Positions 35,810 through 45,066 of a stretch of DNA of 64,000 nt are shown piece after piece (position 1 is the stretch's first letter; each line of letters opens with the position of its first letter). Below the pieces are notes generated by a model that searched no databases, was not told the origin of the DNA, and worked only from the letters and a program-made list of their open reading frames with translations. The translations under genes were made by a program, and so were the position numbers. The DNA comes from Escherichia phage ETEC-TG, in the sequence record OR786310.1; one strand, written 5' to 3'.

Positions 35810-36084
35810 TAGTATTTCTCCTCTGGTTGGAAAACTGAACGACAAGCCCACATACTAGCTTCTTTTAAATGTTTAATAGCACAACGGATTTGATCAATAC
35901 GTTCGTATGCAAGATCTAATTCTTTTTCTGTGCCGTCAAAAGACCCATGATATGCTTCACAATACTCTTCCTCTAAAGCTTTGAAGATTAAACCTAAACG
36001 CTCTTCTGCATCTTTAATAGCGTTAACCTTGCCAATCTTATCGTCAGTATGCGCCTTATAACCTTTGATATCTTCGATTCCCAC
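35809..36084 (-). CDS. hypothetical protein (~91 aa), likely GTG start
   Basis: SD AGGAGG then GTG; track start 36123 is TTG and overlaps the upstream gene. Confidence 0.45.
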   Translation of the reverse strand: MGIEDIKGYKAHTDDKIGKVNAIKDAEERLGLIFKALEEEYCEAYHGSFDGTEKELDLAYERIDQIRCAIKHLKEASMWACRSVFQPEEKY

Positions 36085-36095
36085 TTTACCTCCTA

Positions 36096-36293
36096 TTAAC
36101 AACTTAAAGAAGATGGATGCCAATTTGTTCCAGTATTCTCATTTTCATCTTCTGGATCATAATAGCCACCCATCCCATATTCAGGGGAGAAACGGAAACC
36201 TTTACCAGTCTCATCTGCTAACTGCTCTGCTTCGGCTAAAGCCTCATAAGCTGCTTTTACGGCTTCTTCTACTGTTTTAAACTTGGTCGTCAT
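36096..36293 (-). CDS. small acidic protein, C-terminus NWHPSSLSC (family B)
   Basis: ORF with SD GGAGAGGAG. Confidence 0.5.
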   Translation of the reverse strand: MTTKFKTVEEAVKAAYEALAEAEQLADETGKGFRFSPEYGMGGYYDPEDENENTGTNWHPSSLSC

Positions 36294-36567
36294 AAAATTT
36301 CTCCTCTCCTAAAGACATGTTGACATGAAATGCACGATATGTAAATTCGTTGTCCGTTGTGTTTGAATAAAACTCAAATTGAACAACACCGTCTTGAGAA
36401 GACAGATACATGCCAATTTGAACTGTTCCTTCTGGTACCAGGTAAGCATACTCTGGACGTAGTGTTACATTGTAAAAATAAAGTTCCCCAACACCCATTT
36501 CATCCCAAGCTTCCCAAGCGGTAACGAAGTTACTTTCAAAACTTGTTACTGATCCGAACTCTGCCAT
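36277..36567 (-). CDS. hypothetical protein (96 aa)
   Basis: ORF with SD GAGGAGG. Confidence 0.5.
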   Translation of the reverse strand: MAEFGSVTSFESNFVTAWEAWDEMGVGELYFYNVTLRPEYAYLVPEGTVQIGMYLSSQDGVVQFEFYSNTTDNEFTYRAFHVNMSLGEEKFYDDQV

Positions 36568-37058
36568 AAAACCTCCTCAATCTTGTAGTTTGACTCCATC
36601 TCCAACACATTTCCACGAACGTCTCTCCGAAGAAAGGCATAAGCTTTATTAGGTATTGTAGACTCATATTTAACCATATCTGGCACAGCAAAAGATACTA
36701 CTACTCCTGCTGGGCTTCTGTCAAGAGCCTTATTAATATTTCTAAGGATATCGTTAGCCAAGATTTCTGCCAATTCTCCAAGAACGGTTTCGGTTATATC
36801 TTTATATCCCATTAAGTATTTGTTGATATCTTTCATCTCTGTATTGTTCAGAGTATAATCCAAAGGATAGAAATTCAAAGCGGAGTCACTTTTATGTGTC
36901 CACATGAAATGCACCCGATCCGAGCAGAATCGTAACCCTCTTTGAAGAATATCTTCTACAACAGGCAGAATTTCTTTTGTCACATCATTAACCATGTTGT
37001 AATCTAAGATTTCTGCCAAGTTTGTTCTTTGTTCACCACGTTTACGTTTAGGAATCAC
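36546..37058 (-). CDS. hypothetical protein (170 aa)
   Basis: ORF. Confidence 0.5.
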   Translation of the reverse strand: MIPKRKRGEQRTNLAEILDYNMVNDVTKEILPVVEDILQRGLRFCSDRVHFMWTHKSDSALNFYPLDYTLNNTEMKDINKYLMGYKDITETVLGELAEILANDILRNINKALDRSPAGVVVSFAVPDMVKYESTIPNKAYAFLRRDVRGNVLEMESNYKIEEVLWQSSDQ

Positions 37059-37629
37059 TTGTTATTGCCCTCATTACCAAAGGTCGTAGAAAATCGTAAA
37101 TCTCTTGTTTTGTTTTCCCACGAATGTTTAAACAAGGAACATTATTGGCTTTAGCTATCTTCCAAGCCGTAGCTGTTCCACCTTTTGCATCTCCATGTTT
37201 ATCAGTATTAGCACAAGCCAACAAGAAACATGATGGAGCAGGATTCTCCAAATCTCTACCTAACACTTGATGCACATTACGTTGGTGCAATTTTCTAGCA
37301 CCCTGCTTAAGCTTTTCATAGGCTGGGTGAACATCTTTGATCCATTGCACAGAGATAGCATAGTTCATTGTATCTGGTTTTGCAAGAACAATAACATCCC
37401 CTGGAATCTGATTACCTTTGAAATTTTCCCAAGGAACATAAATCTCCTTGTTAGTAGGATTTTCAGACTCTTGGACACCTGTTTCAAAAGCAGAATCACT
37501 ACCCTCTGCCTTCCCAGACCTTAATTTAAACCCAAGGTTTGAAAGCCATTTCCCTATGCCTACCATCAAAGCCCACTCTTCTTCGGATATGTCTCTACTT
37601 CCAACTCCCGTATAGAACAGTTCTGCCAT
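37048..37629 (-). CDS. DprA/SLOG-like Rossmann-fold protein (193 aa)
   Basis: TGVGSR and SGKAEGSDSAF glycine-rich motifs; ATG 37629 after SD GAGGTG. Confidence 0.4.
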   Translation of the reverse strand: MAELFYTGVGSRDISEEEWALMVGIGKWLSNLGFKLRSGKAEGSDSAFETGVQESENPTNKEIYVPWENFKGNQIPGDVIVLAKPDTMNYAISVQWIKDVHPAYEKLKQGARKLHQRNVHQVLGRDLENPAPSCFLLACANTDKHGDAKGGTATAWKIAKANNVPCLNIRGKTKQEIYDFLRPLVMRAITSDS

Positions 37630-37636
37630 AATCACC

Positions 37637-37945
37637 TCAACAAGTAATTTCAAAAGGTGTATAGGGTTCCGTATTTCTCATGATCCAAGGACTGCTAGGA
37701 TTGCTCGGATCATAAGGGCCAAAAGGTTTTATGGTAGGTTGTGTTTCTTTCTTCTGAATCTCTTCAAAAATACGACGAAGTTCAGAATATTCTTGATCCA
37801 CCATAAGATTCGGTGCATCTGATTCTACAGCTTGCAGGTTATCTTCCTTAAGAACAATCTCACGAACAAGATTAACATCTTCTGTTTCTAAGATAACTTC
37901 TTTACGGATATTGCCTACACTTTGAATAATTGTAATCTTATACAT
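37637..37945 (-). CDS. hypothetical protein (102 aa)
   Basis: ORF. Confidence 0.5.
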   Translation of the reverse strand: MYKITIIQSVGNIRKEVILETEDVNLVREIVLKEDNLQAVESDAPNLMVDQEYSELRRIFEEIQKKETQPTIKPFGPYDPSNPSSPWIMRNTEPYTPFEITC

Positions 37946-38688
37946 TAATCCTCCTCAAGAGTTGAATAAAATTGAAGACCACCGTCCATATCGAAATAAG
38001 CAAATGTTAAGTTATTATTGAACACAGATCCAGTATCCATATAAACACGATTCGCATTGATAACAGGTGTTTTTACATAAGAGTGTCCATGAAACACATA
38101 ATCCACACCCATCACAACAGGAAGTTTCATTCCCTCTTTAGCACAGTCTACCATATCTCTGTCCCACATAAGTGCTTCAGCAAAACGGTTTTCCTGTGTT
38201 TTTGTCATCTTCGAAATGTATTCTGGAATATCTGTTACAGGGAGATATTCCAAAGAAGATGGATACCCACCATGAATAAACGCAAGTTTCATGCCTCTGT
38301 AGTTAACAATGAGAACAACAGGTAAATCTTCTGTCATCATTGCTAAGGCTGTAGCTCCTTCTTCACCACATTCTTCAAAGACCGTATATCCTCCATTTTG
38401 ATACCAACACTCGTAGTAGCTACGATCTCCTTCCAGCATACCTTTAATCATCATGTCTTCATGATTGCCACGAATAGCGTAGCGATTGTGTTTACGAGTA
38501 AATTCTAAAACACAACGAAAGTTTTGCTTTCCACGGTCAGTAAGATCTCCTAGAGATACAACCACATCTGTATCTCGGATACCTAACTTTGCCTTTCCTT
38601 TTTCATACAAATTATAACAACCGTGTAGATCTCCAATTATAAAAAGATCTTGATCGCTTTTAACAGTAATTTCTCTGTGTATGATCAC
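37945..38688 (-). CDS. Ser/Thr protein phosphatase (calcineurin-like metallophosphoesterase)
   Basis: GDLHGCY, GDLTDRG, RGNHE motifs. Confidence 0.7.
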   Translation of the reverse strand: MIIHREITVKSDQDLFIIGDLHGCYNLYEKGKAKLGIRDTDVVVSLGDLTDRGKQNFRCVLEFTRKHNRYAIRGNHEDMMIKGMLEGDRSYYECWYQNGGYTVFEECGEEGATALAMMTEDLPVVLIVNYRGMKLAFIHGGYPSSLEYLPVTDIPEYISKMTKTQENRFAEALMWDRDMVDCAKEGMKLPVVMGVDYVFHGHSYVKTPVINANRVYMDTGSVFNNNLTFAYFDMDGGLQFYSTLEED

Positions 38689-39014
38689 TTATCCTCCTCA
38701 AAATCTAAGAAAATAAAAATATTCACCTTTCCTTCAATCTCTTGTTCTAAAACAAGATCGGCAAATTCTGCATAAGCTTTCTCTTCAACTTTTTCAATAT
38801 GTTCTGCGGCATCTTTAAAAGGTGTATCCCCATCCACCTTTACTAATAAGAAAAGAGATCGCATTTCGACGCTTTTACTGTTACGAGGAAGGAAATCTAC
38901 AGCTTCAACAATTCTCCAACCCAAATAGCCAGGGGTTTTATGAATCTCCCCTAAATACTTTTCTAAGATTTTACGACCCTCGTCGATAAGGGCTTGTTCT
39001 GTAGTAATTTCCAT
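38685..39014 (-). CDS. hypothetical protein (109 aa)
   Basis: ORF. Confidence 0.5.
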   Translation of the reverse strand: MEITTEQALIDEGRKILEKYLGEIHKTPGYLGWRIVEAVDFLPRNSKSVEMRSLFLLVKVDGDTPFKDAAEHIEKVEEKAYAEFADLVLEQEIEGKVNIFIFLDFEEDK

Positions 39015-39024
39015 TCCTTCCTCC

Positions 39025-39597
39025 TCAAATTATTAACGAAACCGCATGACTAAATCTTGGTTCAGATATAACCTCTGCTACAGTCACATATGTATCGTGC
39101 AGCCAAAAAGATTCTACTCTACAAACACAAATACCGTTGATAATGAAATCTACACAGGCTTTATTATTTTCGCACACTTGTTGACTATAAACAACCCCTA
39201 AAGAGTCATAAAGTGATCTCACTGTTGCTACCATTTCATCTGTTTCGTCTTCCTGTGAAACAAAGAAAACGAATACAGACAAGTTATTAGCGAAAGTATT
39301 GCTATTCTCTACTTCAACCGACTTACAAGGTAAAAAGGAGTAATATTTACCGTTAGGTATCAATTTCGCCTCAACCTGGTTAAGTATGCTTTGAGATGGT
39401 TTTGTTACATAAAAAAGATTTTCTGTTGGGTTTTCAACATTACTCCTTACTATGCAACGAGTGGGGTTCGAAGGATCAAAAACATGATCGAAATCGACAC
39501 ACACAGGTAAGTTAACAACTTTAAACTTTTTGCTAAGAATGCTTACTGCTGTAAAAATCAAACCAGCATTTATTTTGCCAGTGAAAGTTGAACGCAT
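39025..39597 (-). CDS. hypothetical protein (190 aa)
   Basis: ATG 39597 after SD GGAGT. Confidence 0.5.
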   Translation of the reverse strand: MRSTFTGKINAGLIFTAVSILSKKFKVVNLPVCVDFDHVFDPSNPTRCIVRSNVENPTENLFYVTKPSQSILNQVEAKLIPNGKYYSFLPCKSVEVENSNTFANNLSVFVFFVSQEDETDEMVATVRSLYDSLGVVYSQQVCENNKACVDFIINGICVCRVESFWLHDTYVTVAEVISEPRFSHAVSLII

Positions 39598-39611
39598 AAC
39601 TACTCCTCGGA

Positions 39612-39806
39612 TCATTCTACCAAAGAGAATTCCGCCTCTTCCAGGTAGATTACAGACCTTGTTGCATGATATTTAACGCTCCAGAAATTACCTTCGCGCC
39701 GTAAAAGTATCTCATTCACATCAAGATTGCTTAGAAAAACCATATAACTTAAAGCTTGTTGACGCGTTGAGAATTGTTTCTCTAAAAGTTCTTCTCCGCT
39801 CTGCAT
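39612..39806 (-). CDS. hypothetical protein (64 aa)
   Basis: ORF. Confidence 0.4.
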   Translation of the reverse strand: MQSGEELLEKQFSTRQQALSYMVFLSNLDVNEILLRREGNFWSVKYHATRSVIYLEEAEFSLVE

Positions 39807-39851
39807 AATCCCTCCTTAAAATACTCCCTCCGAAAAGGGAGTATAAGTATA

Positions 39852-40055
39852 TCACGTAGTTGTTATGTTGTCTTCTTGGATACTAGAATCCACTTCTGCA
39901 AACATATCTTCTGCACTGTAATTATTTCCAGTCCAGCGTGATAAAAGGATAGCACCAATCTCTTTTGCATGAGATTCGGACTCCGCATAAACGTTAGTCC
40001 CAGTGTCACCTTTTTTCTTTTCATGTGCATAAATGCAGTAATAATTGTAAGCCAT
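39852..40055 (-). CDS. hypothetical protein (67 aa)
   Basis: ORF. Confidence 0.4.
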   Translation of the reverse strand: MAYNYYCIYAHEKKKGDTGTNVYAESESHAKEIGAILLSRWTGNNYSAEDMFAEVDSSIQEDNITTT

Positions 40056-40291
40056 TAATCTTCCCAGTCATTGCCCTCGGTAGAGTGAACTAAAGCTCGC
40101 ACGATACCACCGTAATCTACTGCCTGATTTGCAGCATGTTCGGCATAAACTTCAATGGCTTTTTTGAAGAAAAGAGCAGTAGCTGCTTCAATATTATCCA
40201 TTTCACCATCTACGTCAGTAGAAAGTGAAAGGTTGAGGCTTTCATCTACTTCATCAAAATCAATAGCCACTGTCATAATTAGTTTACCCAT
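40055..40291 (-). CDS. hypothetical acidic protein (78 aa)
   Basis: ORF. Confidence 0.45.
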   Translation of the reverse strand: MGKLIMTVAIDFDEVDESLNLSLSTDVDGEMDNIEAATALFFKKAIEVYAEHAANQAVDYGGIVRALVHSTEGNDWED

Positions 40292-40303
40292 AGTTCACAC
40301 TCC

Positions 40304-40813
40304 TTAAACAAAATAAAATGGTTGAGAGAGGCCCAAACGATTCTTTGGGTCGTATACATACCAAGCGTATGCTGTCTTATCTGTTCCACCTGCAACAAAC
40401 GAAGGCCGTTCTGAAAGGACTATAAGGTTTGTTGGTGGATTCTTTTGATGGAACTCTCGTCGTTTCTTTGACTCCAAGAAGCCCAACCGAAGAAGATAAA
40501 TACAAACATCCGCCTCTTTTAAGCTCTTTTCCAAGAACTCCATTGCTAACTTAAATGGAGGGTTTGTGATTATAATGTCGGGACGATTTTCCCATTCATG
40601 ACTAAAATAATCTTTACCTTCTTCAAGTTCGCAATATTCTGAACCTTCAGGAAAATGGCGATAAATCGCTTCAGCTTCACCTCTGCAAGGTTCTGCAAAA
40701 ACCCAACCTTCTTCCTTTAGATTTTTGAAATCTATAACACTAAACAAACTATTGATTGCTTTTTGCGGTGTCGGATAATAATCGCTCGTTGGGCGATCAT
40801 AATCTAATGCCAT
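40304..40813 (-). CDS. phage Dam-like DNA N6-adenine methyltransferase (169 aa)
   Basis: IITNPPF catalytic motif; size typical of small phage N6-adenine methyltransferases. Confidence 0.55.
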   Translation of the reverse strand: MALDYDRPTSDYYPTPQKAINSLFSVIDFKNLKEEGWVFAEPCRGEAEAIYRHFPEGSEYCELEEGKDYFSHEWENRPDIIITNPPFKLAMEFLEKSLKEADVCIYLLRLGFLESKKRREFHQKNPPTNLIVLSERPSFVAGGTDKTAYAWYVYDPKNRLGLSQPFYFV

Positions 40814-41231
40814 CTAAAATCTCCTCTTTTGTAATATTATCCAACTCTTTAAAAGATGAAATCTCGTTTAATAATCCTATTTGATCAGCCTCTAGAGGAT
40901 AAGTGTTTTTATCTGTTTTTCTAGACAGAATATCTTCAACAAACTTATCAATAGCCAAAGAAGAATCATAAAATTTTAAAAGTTGGTAATCCATAGGAGA
41001 TATTTTATCATCTCTTAGAAATATTTCTAACATGTTTTCAGGAGTATCGTGGTTTAGTTTATGTTCACCAAAAATATTAACTTCGTAAACATCTTTGCCA
41101 AACCAACGTTTTTTCTTTTCAACAGTATAGGTTTTTGCCACCAGACCATCTAAACAGTTTCTTGCCCTCTTACATGTTTGACGGTAAGAGTGGATAGCGC
41201 CTTCAACAAACTTAGCAGGAACTTGTAACAT
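40797..41231 (-). CDS. hypothetical protein (144 aa)
   Basis: ORF. Confidence 0.5.
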   Translation of the reverse strand: MLQVPAKFVEGAIHSYRQTCKRARNCLDGLVAKTYTVEKKKRWFGKDVYEVNIFGEHKLNHDTPENMLEIFLRDDKISPMDYQLLKFYDSSLAIDKFVEDILSRKTDKNTYPLEADQIGLLNEISSFKELDNITKEEILDGIRL

Positions 41232-41276
41232 TATTAATCTCCTATGTTTAAGAAATGCCCCCGAAGGGGCAGTTTG

Positions 41277-41969
41277 TTAAATAGCGGTTTCTTCGAAATC
41301 CGCCACATTTACGAGATTAATATTTTCAGATTTAGAAGTCAAGTTGTTTTCTGCAACAGATTTTTCTTCAGTATCCGCCTCGTTACCTGCCACGTTACGA
41401 GGTTCTTCTTCACCGTAGGGATTACCGAATTTCAAAAGATTGATTAATTCTTCTTTGGAGAAGTTTTCTAAATCATCATCTGTTAATTCAATAATCTCAT
41501 CTTGTTCTTCAATAAATGTTTCACCACCAGAAAAAGCATCTCGCTTTTTAGCTACTTCCATAGCCTGTTCTGGTGTTGCTCCTGCATCAAGAGCAGCTAA
41601 AGCAAAGTCTGACCCGCTTCCTACCGCATAATATTCTTCATCAATCGGATATGCACGTGTTGGGTTGTTACCTTCGTGCAGGAAAATACGTCCGTCTGGA
41701 TGAACAACAAGTGCAATAAACTCTTCATCTTCTTTATCTGGATCAGAGTGAATCATCAAACCAGGGACAGCATCACGTGCTGCTTCGCACTGTAGATTTT
41801 GTTCAAACCATTGAAAGAAAGAAAGCACGGAGGTCAGACGACCAGCACCACCTACAAGGTAATCTCCAATTTTTCGGACCTTTTTGAAATTAATAGAATC
41901 TACACGTCCACCAAAAGTTACCTTACCGTCACTCAAAATCTTATTTTTGGTCGCAATAATTGTCGTCAC
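41277..41969 (-). CDS. HslV/proteasome-beta-like Ntn-hydrolase peptidase with acidic C-terminal extension
   Basis: N-terminus MTTIIATKN (Thr after Met), GGAGR and GSGS segments; resembles HslV. Confidence 0.45.
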   Translation of the reverse strand: MTTIIATKNKILSDGKVTFGGRVDSINFKKVRKIGDYLVGGAGRLTSVLSFFQWFEQNLQCEAARDAVPGLMIHSDPDKEDEEFIALVVHPDGRIFLHEGNNPTRAYPIDEEYYAVGSGSDFALAALDAGATPEQAMEVAKKRDAFSGGETFIEEQDEIIELTDDDLENFSKEELINLLKFGNPYGEEEPRNVAGNEADTEEKSVAENNLTSKSENINLVNVADFEETAI

Positions 41970-42472
41970 TATTCTTCCTCCTCTGTTAATGTTTTAAGAA
42001 CCGCTTTCCCGCCATTCACATATTTGCAGATGTATTCTATCGCACGTAGTGTCTCTTTGTCAACAAAAATTTGATCAGACGTTGCGAGCGGGTTATTAAG
42101 AAGATCACTGCAATCACGAACAAGCAGTGCTTTCTTATTAAACAAATTACTTAAGAACAGTAACTTCGCCTCTTCTTCTGTTATGTGCAGAAGGCTAGGA
42201 TCGGAGCCAGCTATTCCTATTATACAATCAAACAAGCTTTCTTTACTATCAGAAAGTTCTTGAAAATGGTTTAAAAGCCAATCTTCTCCTAGACACCAAC
42301 ATTTAAACATTTCCAGTTTATCTCGGAGGGTCATATTCTCTAAAGTAAGAGCAATCTCTTTTTCAATATGGTTTACACAAATTTGACGAAATTCGTTAGG
42401 TTTTACGAGTCCCGTTTGATAGCACTCATCTATACCGCTTCTTCCGATAGCTATTGTTGCTACACCCATCAA
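41969..42472 (-). CDS. hypothetical protein (167 aa)
   Basis: ORF. Confidence 0.5.
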   Translation of the reverse strand: MMGVATIAIGRSGIDECYQTGLVKPNEFRQICVNHIEKEIALTLENMTLRDKLEMFKCWCLGEDWLLNHFQELSDSKESLFDCIIGIAGSDPSLLHITEEEAKLLFLSNLFNKKALLVRDCSDLLNNPLATSDQIFVDKETLRAIEYICKYVNGGKAVLKTLTEEEE

Positions 42473-42504
42473 TCCTCCTTATAAATGGCTTCCCTGCCAC
42501 ATTA

Positions 42505-43263
42505 TTAAATAAACACTTCAGTAATCAGTTTAGACAAACGTCCACGTTTATTATCGTCCGTTGTCAGTTCAACATATCCAATAAAATCTACAATTGGCTC
42601 ACGAACACCTTCTTCATTCTCTGGATATAAAAGTTCCAAAATTTGATGCAGACCATTGCTACGTTTTTTAATTGCATATGTCTGGCGAACATCGCCTAAT
42701 ACAATAACATGCGTATTAATACCTGCACGTTCAATAAGAAGTTTAAGTGTTTCTGTTGACATAAGTTGTGCTTCGTCAATAATGACGATTGTATTATCCA
42801 GGGTAGCCCCCAACAAATAGTTAGGAATATTCAATTCGATCTTACCTGATCCAATATCGTTTTCCAATTTGTTGGCTGTCATGAATTGCTGGAAAATACG
42901 TTTTGTAGATTCATAGTGTGCTGCTAGTTTATCTGTTTTATCCCCAGACAAGAAACCAATCTGGTCATCTCCGACTTCAGTAGGGTTCTTGATAAAAAGT
43001 AGTTTACGGAAGTCTCCTGAACGAAGCATCTGCAAAGCTTTCCATAAAGCAACAGAGGTTTTACCAGTCCCTGCCGGAGCATTTACAACAGTCAGATCAT
43101 TCCAAATCATGCTTTGAACAATCTTATTTTGGTCCCCTTCAGGCATAAATTCATCTAAACGGTAATCGTCATTACCTACCGCTTTTGCTGCATAACGGCT
43201 TTCAATCTTTGCTGAATTAGCCAGTTTCTGCCGTTGTGTTTTAGCTGCGGTTTTATTTCCCAT
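42505..43263 (-). CDS. phoH: PhoH-like ATPase
   Basis: Walker A GTGKTS; IIDEAQ; PhoH-like layout; start moved to ATG 43263 after hairpin and SD AAGGAG. Confidence 0.75.
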   Translation of the reverse strand: MGNKTAAKTQRQKLANSAKIESRYAAKAVGNDDYRLDEFMPEGDQNKIVQSMIWNDLTVVNAPAGTGKTSVALWKALQMLRSGDFRKLLFIKNPTEVGDDQIGFLSGDKTDKLAAHYESTKRIFQQFMTANKLENDIGSGKIELNIPNYLLGATLDNTIVIIDEAQLMSTETLKLLIERAGINTHVIVLGDVRQTYAIKKRSNGLHQILELLYPENEEGVREPIVDFIGYVELTTDDNKRGRLSKLITEVFI

Positions 43264-43280
43264 AGTAGCACTCCTTTTAG

Positions 43281-43299
43281 AAGGGGCCGAAGCCCCTTT
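43281..43299 (-). terminator. Intergenic GGGGC-UUCG-GCCCC hairpin (minus-strand transcript)
   Basis: Between lysozyme stop and phoH SD. Confidence 0.45.
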
Positions 43300-43300
43300 A

Positions 43301-43801
43301 TTAGTTGTAAGCATCTAAAGTTCCAGAAGTCAGAACTTTAATTACTCGTTCAGCACGGTTTGGCGTCTGGCTATACCATCGGCTTTTACGCATGTTTTTA
43401 CCTGCTTGAGTATAATATGCATTGCTGATTAAAGTCAAGCTATTTTGAAACCCTTCAGCACCTTTTAACCCCAACTGGAAAACCATGTTGATTATTCCCA
43501 ATTTACGAGTATCACTAACCTTATCATAGATTGGTGATAAGATAGTACTGTTTTTTATGTCTCTCTTCACTTTTGCAACATCGTCAGCAAAGATTTGACG
43601 GGCTTCTTTTTCTGTGATAACTCCATTAGTCTTACGACCAAGAAGATTATCTAAGATTTGAATAGCCTTTGCTTTATCTTTTATTTTAGTCAGAAGGTGT
43701 CCTATACCGACTGTCCAATAACCAAGATGGTCTTGATAAACAGTAAGCTTCAGTCCTTCATCGACTCGTAGCATATCAAACTCATCTACTACTTTAGCCA
43801 T
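43301..43801 (-). CDS. e: T4-type lysozyme (endolysin)
   Basis: DEGLKLTVYQDHLGYWTVGIGHLL and SRWYSQTPNRAERVI closely match T4 lysozyme. Confidence 0.85.
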   Translation of the reverse strand: MAKVVDEFDMLRVDEGLKLTVYQDHLGYWTVGIGHLLTKIKDKAKAIQILDNLLGRKTNGVITEKEARQIFADDVAKVKRDIKNSTILSPIYDKVSDTRKLGIINMVFQLGLKGAEGFQNSLTLISNAYYTQAGKNMRKSRWYSQTPNRAERVIKVLTSGTLDAYN

Positions 43802-43963
43802 TTACTTCCTATTCGTCGTCTCCTACTCCGTGATCCAACTCGTTAAACAACAGATGTTCTGGAGAAGTTTCACGTTTTGGTTTCGTTTTCTTTATGTTGG
43901 ACTTCAGCTCATTTGCCAAAGCACGAGAAAAGATCTTACGTTTCTGTTTACTTTTCATAATTG

Positions 43964-44224
43964 TTACTCCGCAATTTGAGCCATGAGATCACGCAGTTCG
44001 GTAAAACCGCCTACGTATGTTACCTCCCCGTTCACTTCAGACAGAATTTGTGGAAATGTGCGTGGAGGAACTCCGGTAAGATCAACAACTGTTTTAGTCA
44101 TTGATTCTAAATCATAGTCTTGATCAAGACTTAAATATTCAAACTGTTTATTGCGCATGGTTAATAGTTGTTTTGACATTTCGCAAAATTGACAGTTAGG
44201 TTTACCAAAAATTACAAATTCCAT
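43964..44224 (-). CDS. nrdC: glutaredoxin/thioredoxin-like protein (NrdC-like)
   Basis: CQFC redox motif in an 86-aa protein next to the nrd genes. Confidence 0.65.
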   Translation of the reverse strand: MEFVIFGKPNCQFCEMSKQLLTMRNKQFEYLSLDQDYDLESMTKTVVDLTGVPPRTFPQILSEVNGEVTYVGGFTELRDLMAQIAE

Positions 44225-45066
44225 TACCTCTCCTTATTAAGTAATACTGCTAAAGACTGTTCAATACCTTTATTTAAATCTGATTTTGTAAGATAGTGAC
44301 TGGTTACTAGTTGTGACTTCACCGGACGTGCTGCTGGAGCATTATAGGTTGAAGCTGATACCGCCGATATCTTAACAGGTTCTGGCATCTGTGTCAAGAT
44401 CTTTTCCGCAAACTCCGCCCAAGAAATAAAATGGCTTCCTGCAAAATGGTAAGTCTTAACAGACCTTGACCAACCTGTTTTTAATACTTCAAAAATAGCT
44501 TCTGCTAAATCTGGAGCATATGTTGGACAAGAGAACTGATCAGCAACAATAATAAAATCACGTTGTCCATCATTATAGCGAGACAACATCGTTTTTAGAA
44601 AGTTATTTCCAAATTCGCTATATACTGAGGCTGTTCGAATAATATATGCATTTGGGTTAACTCCTCGCACCATTTTTTCACCAAGTTCTTTCGTATACCC
44701 ATAATTGTTTATTGGGTTAGGTGTAGTATCTTCAAAAATAGGATGAGAATAATTAAAAATATAGTCTGTAGAAATATGCACAAAATCAATTTTAAGTTTG
44801 CTGCACACTGCCGCAATATTTGCAGGTCCATACGCATTAACAGCCAAAGCAGTAGCAAAATCATGTTCCGCTTTATCTACAGCCGTATAAGCAGCGCAGT
44901 TAATAACACCGTCTACATAATCTTCAACAATAGCGTTTCGCACAGCTTCAAAATTTGTAATATCTACACGTTCTTTAGGATAAATTAAAGATACATTTGA
45001 AGGAACCACTTTACGTAAAGCTTGTCCCAGTTGTCCATTACCACCCAATACCAGATATGTTAGCAT
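44224..45066 (-). CDS. rmlD: dTDP-4-dehydrorhamnose reductase
   Basis: LGGNGQLG, AAYTAVDKAE, STDY, YGYTK, NNFLKTML, DQFSCPT. Confidence 0.8.
   Translation of the reverse strand: MLTYLVLGGNGQLGQALRKVVPSNVSLIYPKERVDITNFEAVRNAIVEDYVDGVINCAAYTAVDKAEHDFATALAVNAYGPANIAAVCSKLKIDFVHISTDYIFNYSHPIFEDTTPNPINNYGYTKELGEKMVRGVNPNAYIIRTASVYSEFGNNFLKTMLSRYNDGQRDFIIVADQFSCPTYAPDLAEAIFEVLKTGWSRSVKTYHFAGSHFISWAEFAEKILTQMPEPVKISAVSASTYNAPAARPVKSQLVTSHYLTKSDLNKGIEQSLAVLLNKER

Noticed and set aside
42505..43314. Track start at 43314 for phoH
   Set aside because: The first 17 codons would be the GGGGCCGAAGCCCC intergenic hairpin; ATG 43263 with an AAGGAG SD is the likely start.
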